Below are positions 59,768-64,000 of a stretch of 64,000 nt of DNA, one piece after another (position 1 is the first letter of the stretch; each line of letters starts with the position of its first letter). The stretch lies in the NCBI RefSeq assembly GCF_009914755.1, contig NC_060930.1; one strand, given 5' to 3'. Under the pieces are notes generated by a model, which did no database searches, was not told the origin of the DNA, and saw only the letters and a list, made by a program, of their open reading frames with translations. Origin of the DNA: the human T2T-CHM13v2.0 reference genome, Homo sapiens. The translations under genes and the position numbers were made by a program.

Positions 59768-60135
59768 TGTTTTAATCTGTTTGTGCTGCTTTAACAGAAT
59801 ACCACAGACTAGGTAATTTATAAGGAGCAGAAATGTATAGGCTCTTAGTTCTGGAGGCTGGGAACTCCAAGATCAAGCGGCCAGCATTTGATTAGAGCCT
59901 TCTTGCTATGCCATAACATGGCAGAAGTCATCACATGGCAGAAAGGCAAACAGTAGGAGAGAGAGCAACAGGAGTCAAACTTACAACCATGATAATGATA
60001 ACAGCATTAATCTATTCATGAGAGCCAGGACCTCATGACTAGCCATCTTTTAAAAGTCCCTTCTCCCAATACTATAAAAATGGCAATTAAATTTCAACAA
60101 GAGTTTTGGAGAAAACAAACATTCAAACCATAGCA
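59768..60135 (-). mobile_element. MaLR solo LTR, MSTC/MSTD-like
   Basis: TGTTTTAATCTGTTTGTGCTGCT..ACAGAATACCACAGACT.GGTAATTTATAA..GTTCTGGAGGCTGGGAA.TCCAAGATCAAG..AACATTCAAACCATAGCA. Near-TSD TGATG/TGATT. Confidence 0.88.
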
Positions 60136-63100
60136 TGATTCAAACAAATAAACAGCAACAAACCGAGAACAAATATATAAATCCTGATTTTAAATTTAAA
60201 AATCAACAAAAGGCTAATGCATAAAAATAATCATTGTAATTCCAAATAAATACAGATTCAAATATAAAATAATAACATTAATAATAACATATTTTTAAAA
60301 CTGAATTTAAAAATAATTAAGAAAAATAACACCTAATGCTGTAAGGGTTTTGTTATTCAGTCTCTGGAAAAAAGTCTAAAAACCTTCTGGAAAGCAATTT
60401 GGCTTCACAAATATAAAACCTCAAATAAATTTATATATTTTGACTTATCAATAAAATCTACCCCATTTCTAGGAAATGTATTATTAAAATATGATAAAAC
60501 GTTTGGATAAAGATGTGAAGACACTAATGTCTGGCACAACACTATGGAATGTTTATTTTGGATAGATGCATAGCTACAATAAAATATTTTGTTCTAGTAT
60601 GTAATAAAAATAAATTTGAAGTGGGAAATTTTCATACATATTGTATGTAAAAAAGAAAGAAAAAAAAAACTATATGTGTGATTGATCTGAATTGCTCATA
60701 ATTTCAAATGTTATATATTGATATAACATTTCATTTTTATCATGAAGAAAGATGCACATAGATCCACTAAAATATTAACAGTCTCTAGATTTTCAGATTC
60801 TAGATATTTATAAATCATTTTGATATACTTATTACATATCTTATGAAGACTAGAGAGTAGAGTACACCAACTTTGTGACATCATGTCCCACCCAAACTAG
60901 AACTTTTTCAATACAAGTGTTGACCGAATTTATGCAAGTAGAATTCACATTCAGAACACTCAGACTCACATATTCAGAAATATCTATGGCAGCCATTGCC
61001 ACCAGCTCTGAAATCTTAGTTTCAGAGCAGCATCCAGTTTTAGAGAGCTGAGCTGAAAGACATTTAGAAAACATCTATTGCATCACATTTGTTCTACAGA
61101 TTTGAAAATATGGATCACTGGAGTTTAATCAATTTATTCTAAACACAAAATATTGTAACCAATGGTAGAATTACGATCATAAATAAAGCAGCATAATTTT
61201 TCTTGGCTGTTTCCAGCGTGTAACCTACCTTACTTTAATTTCAAAGAAGCCATGAAGACTATGACATGAGTGCTAGGCTCTGTTATATTTCTAAGCTATG
61301 TGTTCGTTCTTTTTGTTTTTTCTTAGGAGAATGGCACTGTATTTTGGGCACAGTTCATCAAGGAAAAACAGTTGTCTTAAGCAATGGATTTTAGTGACGG
61401 CTAGTTGATTGTTACCTGGCTACTATTTATAGTATGTTCTTGGTTTTATTATGTGATTTTATTTAAAAGTTACATAGAAAATAAGAATTTAAAGTAGAAG
61501 TCCCAGTTTTACTATGTCCATGATATACACTCAGAACATTGATATTCTCTTTAGAAATGAATATTTAATCTCCACATCCACTTTTGTCAGAAGTAAGTTA
61601 TTTAATTGCCAATTAAATAAGTAATTACAAATTACTTCTCTTCACGTATTAGTTCCCTACAATTCCCGAACTATAAACACAGGTATAATACTAACTTGCT
61701 TTCTGATATTGCAGATAAGAAATTAAGTAGATAATCTGTCTTAGATATTATCTATTAGCTAACATTTTCACTGATTATTGGGGATATATTAGATAACTTA
61801 ACTTTGTTCCTGAAATTATTTGAGAGAACTTTACCTCAACAAAAATTGAAGATGGGAATGAGAATTTAATGTTCTTTAAGAAAATATTTTGTGCTCCTGC
61901 CAATTTGTGAGAGTTAAAATATAGGAAAGATCACGTTTCATACGAAAAATCACAATTCACTACTTCCTCTTGATATGGGATATATGGACAAAAATTACTC
62001 TTTAGGCATGTAGAGGTCTAGTGCAATGGTAATGAAATAAGTGGGATGATAGAGTGTGTCTGAGTCTATTGGTTTTAAACTACTCCTGGGTTACTGGTAA
62101 CTACATATTTGTCACTAAGCCTATTTAATACAGTTCCTTACCTTGGGGATTGAACTATACAACACATGAGTGAGAAATACAGACTGAAATGACAACAAAG
62201 ATGAAATGATGGAGATAAAAGTACTTTGGAAATGAGATGATAGAATTCACTAAGAATTATGGATCATTTCAAATTCATAAACATAAATATCTACTTTAAA
62301 ACATTACAATTCATGGAAAGCACTTATGTCACTTAAAAGATTGGGCTTCAGAACGGTGTCGCCTCTTAGGTTAAGGTGGCAAGTGTAAAAAGTCACCATA
62401 GCATCACAGTACTTGAAGACATTTAAATGGAAGTATTAGTTGATACCATGAGACTTTTAATTTTGACATACTATTGTCTTTGATGATATTGGATATATTT
62501 CTTCCATAAATAAACAGGTTTTGTTTAAATGGAAAATATGCTGAGGCAAGTAGAACCCCTTTTTTATATTTCCTCAATGAGAAACTGTCTTAGCAGCCAA
62601 AGTAACAGCGTTCACTATTATTGCCTCAAGGGTTGGGCAGATTCCAATAGGCTGGGAACACAGGCACTATTTGGGGTTGTATACTCAAGTTTAGACAGAA
62701 GCAGTCTGGTCACATGAAACTTAATCTTTTAAAGTGTTATTTAAACACATTCTTTATAGTTTAAATTGTACCAAATTTATTCTAGGCACACACAACATTT
62801 ATTCAATATTCAATTTACAAATAGAACTTATGTGATTTCTTAGTATAGTTTTTTGGTTTTATATTTTGAGTAAATTTTAAGACCTTCAAACAAGAGAAAA
62901 AGCCATCAGAAATAGATTACTCAGGGTAGGGAGGACATCAAAGAATAGAGGTTAATTTAACAATTTCTAGATTTCTTCTTACAGTTTTTTAATGTCAAGT
63001 ATTAAAATAGCACGCATTTTTTCAACATATTCTAGCCTCAACTGATTTTAGAAAGTCAAACTCATGTCAACATGTCATTTTATAGACATAGAATGGGAAA

Positions 63101-64000
63101 GAAAATAATAGTACAGCCAGAGTGGCAGGTATTTCCTGCAAGAATATGAATAATTCCAACTTTTTCATGCAGTTTTCACTTCTATTTGAGAATCAGGGCT
63201 TATTCTGTTATTATTTTGTGTTTGCTATGTATTTTATATAGTGTTGTCAGTTAAGCAAGTTAAATAAATGCAACTGGTCAAACTGTGAAGACTCAGTAAT
63301 AAGCATCAAAAATAATTTAGTTTCCAAGAAAAAGCAAACTCTTCTTTGTCAACTGAGAGACATGTCTATTGAGAAAGCGTTTCATTCAAACTTGAGAAAA
63401 AGTTTGGTAATTATGGCTACCATTTACTCTGAAAACTTATTGGAATTGGTATATTCATATAAAAATATTGCTAATTTTATTTTTCCCAAATTAATTTTTG
63501 CCTTTGAGATTCACTTGAAATTAAAGTAACTTGAAACTAAACTATGTTCTTTTTCCTTCTAATTTCACTGTCCCTATATATAACAATGGCTTTTCTTAAG
63601 ACATTAGAGTAGCATTCCTTCGTAACTGATGACTTTTACATTAAACTTTCATGTAAAATTATATTCAAATTTGCTTTCAAGTCTCTTTTTAAAATAACTG
63701 TTTTTACTATTCAAAAAATAAATCATAGTGAAAGGTTAATAAAGTATATATACTCATATCAATCTTATTAGAAACACAATGGAAGTTATATCAAATATTT
63801 TACAAGTTTCTCAATTCACATTAACCTAGCTCTAGAAGTTTCTTCTGTTCTCAATTCAACTGGAAGATAATTGTCTTGACTAGGAAAAAATGCTAATAAT
63901 GAGACTGTCAATATATAAACTATAAAAGTTAATGGAAATAAAAAATAATCTTAAATGCATAAAATACTAATGAATACAATGTTCACAATATTAGCATTAA

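Overview
AT-rich, CpG-poor primate (human-like) genomic DNA that looks intergenic or deep-intronic. I find no supportable host protein-coding gene, rRNA, tRNA, CRISPR array or CpG island. All long ORFs derive from LINE-1 ORF2 or from the internal region of a MaLR element. The window is a layered transposon archive: a + strand L1 cluster at ~3.9-18.5 kb (L1PB-, L1PA13-, L1PA16- and L1PA3-like pieces, partly nested in an old L1M), three antisense Alus, a complete THE1D-like MaLR provirus with a perfect 5-bp target-site duplication (TSD), several solo LTRs, and L2, MIR, hAT and microsatellite repeats. Subfamily names come from my memory of consensus sequences and need RepeatMasker/Dfam confirmation. 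The most unusual object is an L1PA4-like element (54040-57902). It keeps the first 39 nt of the 5'UTR joined directly to ORF2 codon ~92, carries a probable 3' transduction, is flanked by a 10-bp TSD, and sits just downstream of a co-oriented solo LTR. Other oddities are a 78-bp locally templated L1 copy, a young in-frame 180-bp duplication in the THE1 internal region, a 38-bp near-perfect palindrome, a fold-back micro-rearrangement and several unverified candidate (micro)exons. I see no evidence for a new multi-gene biological system.
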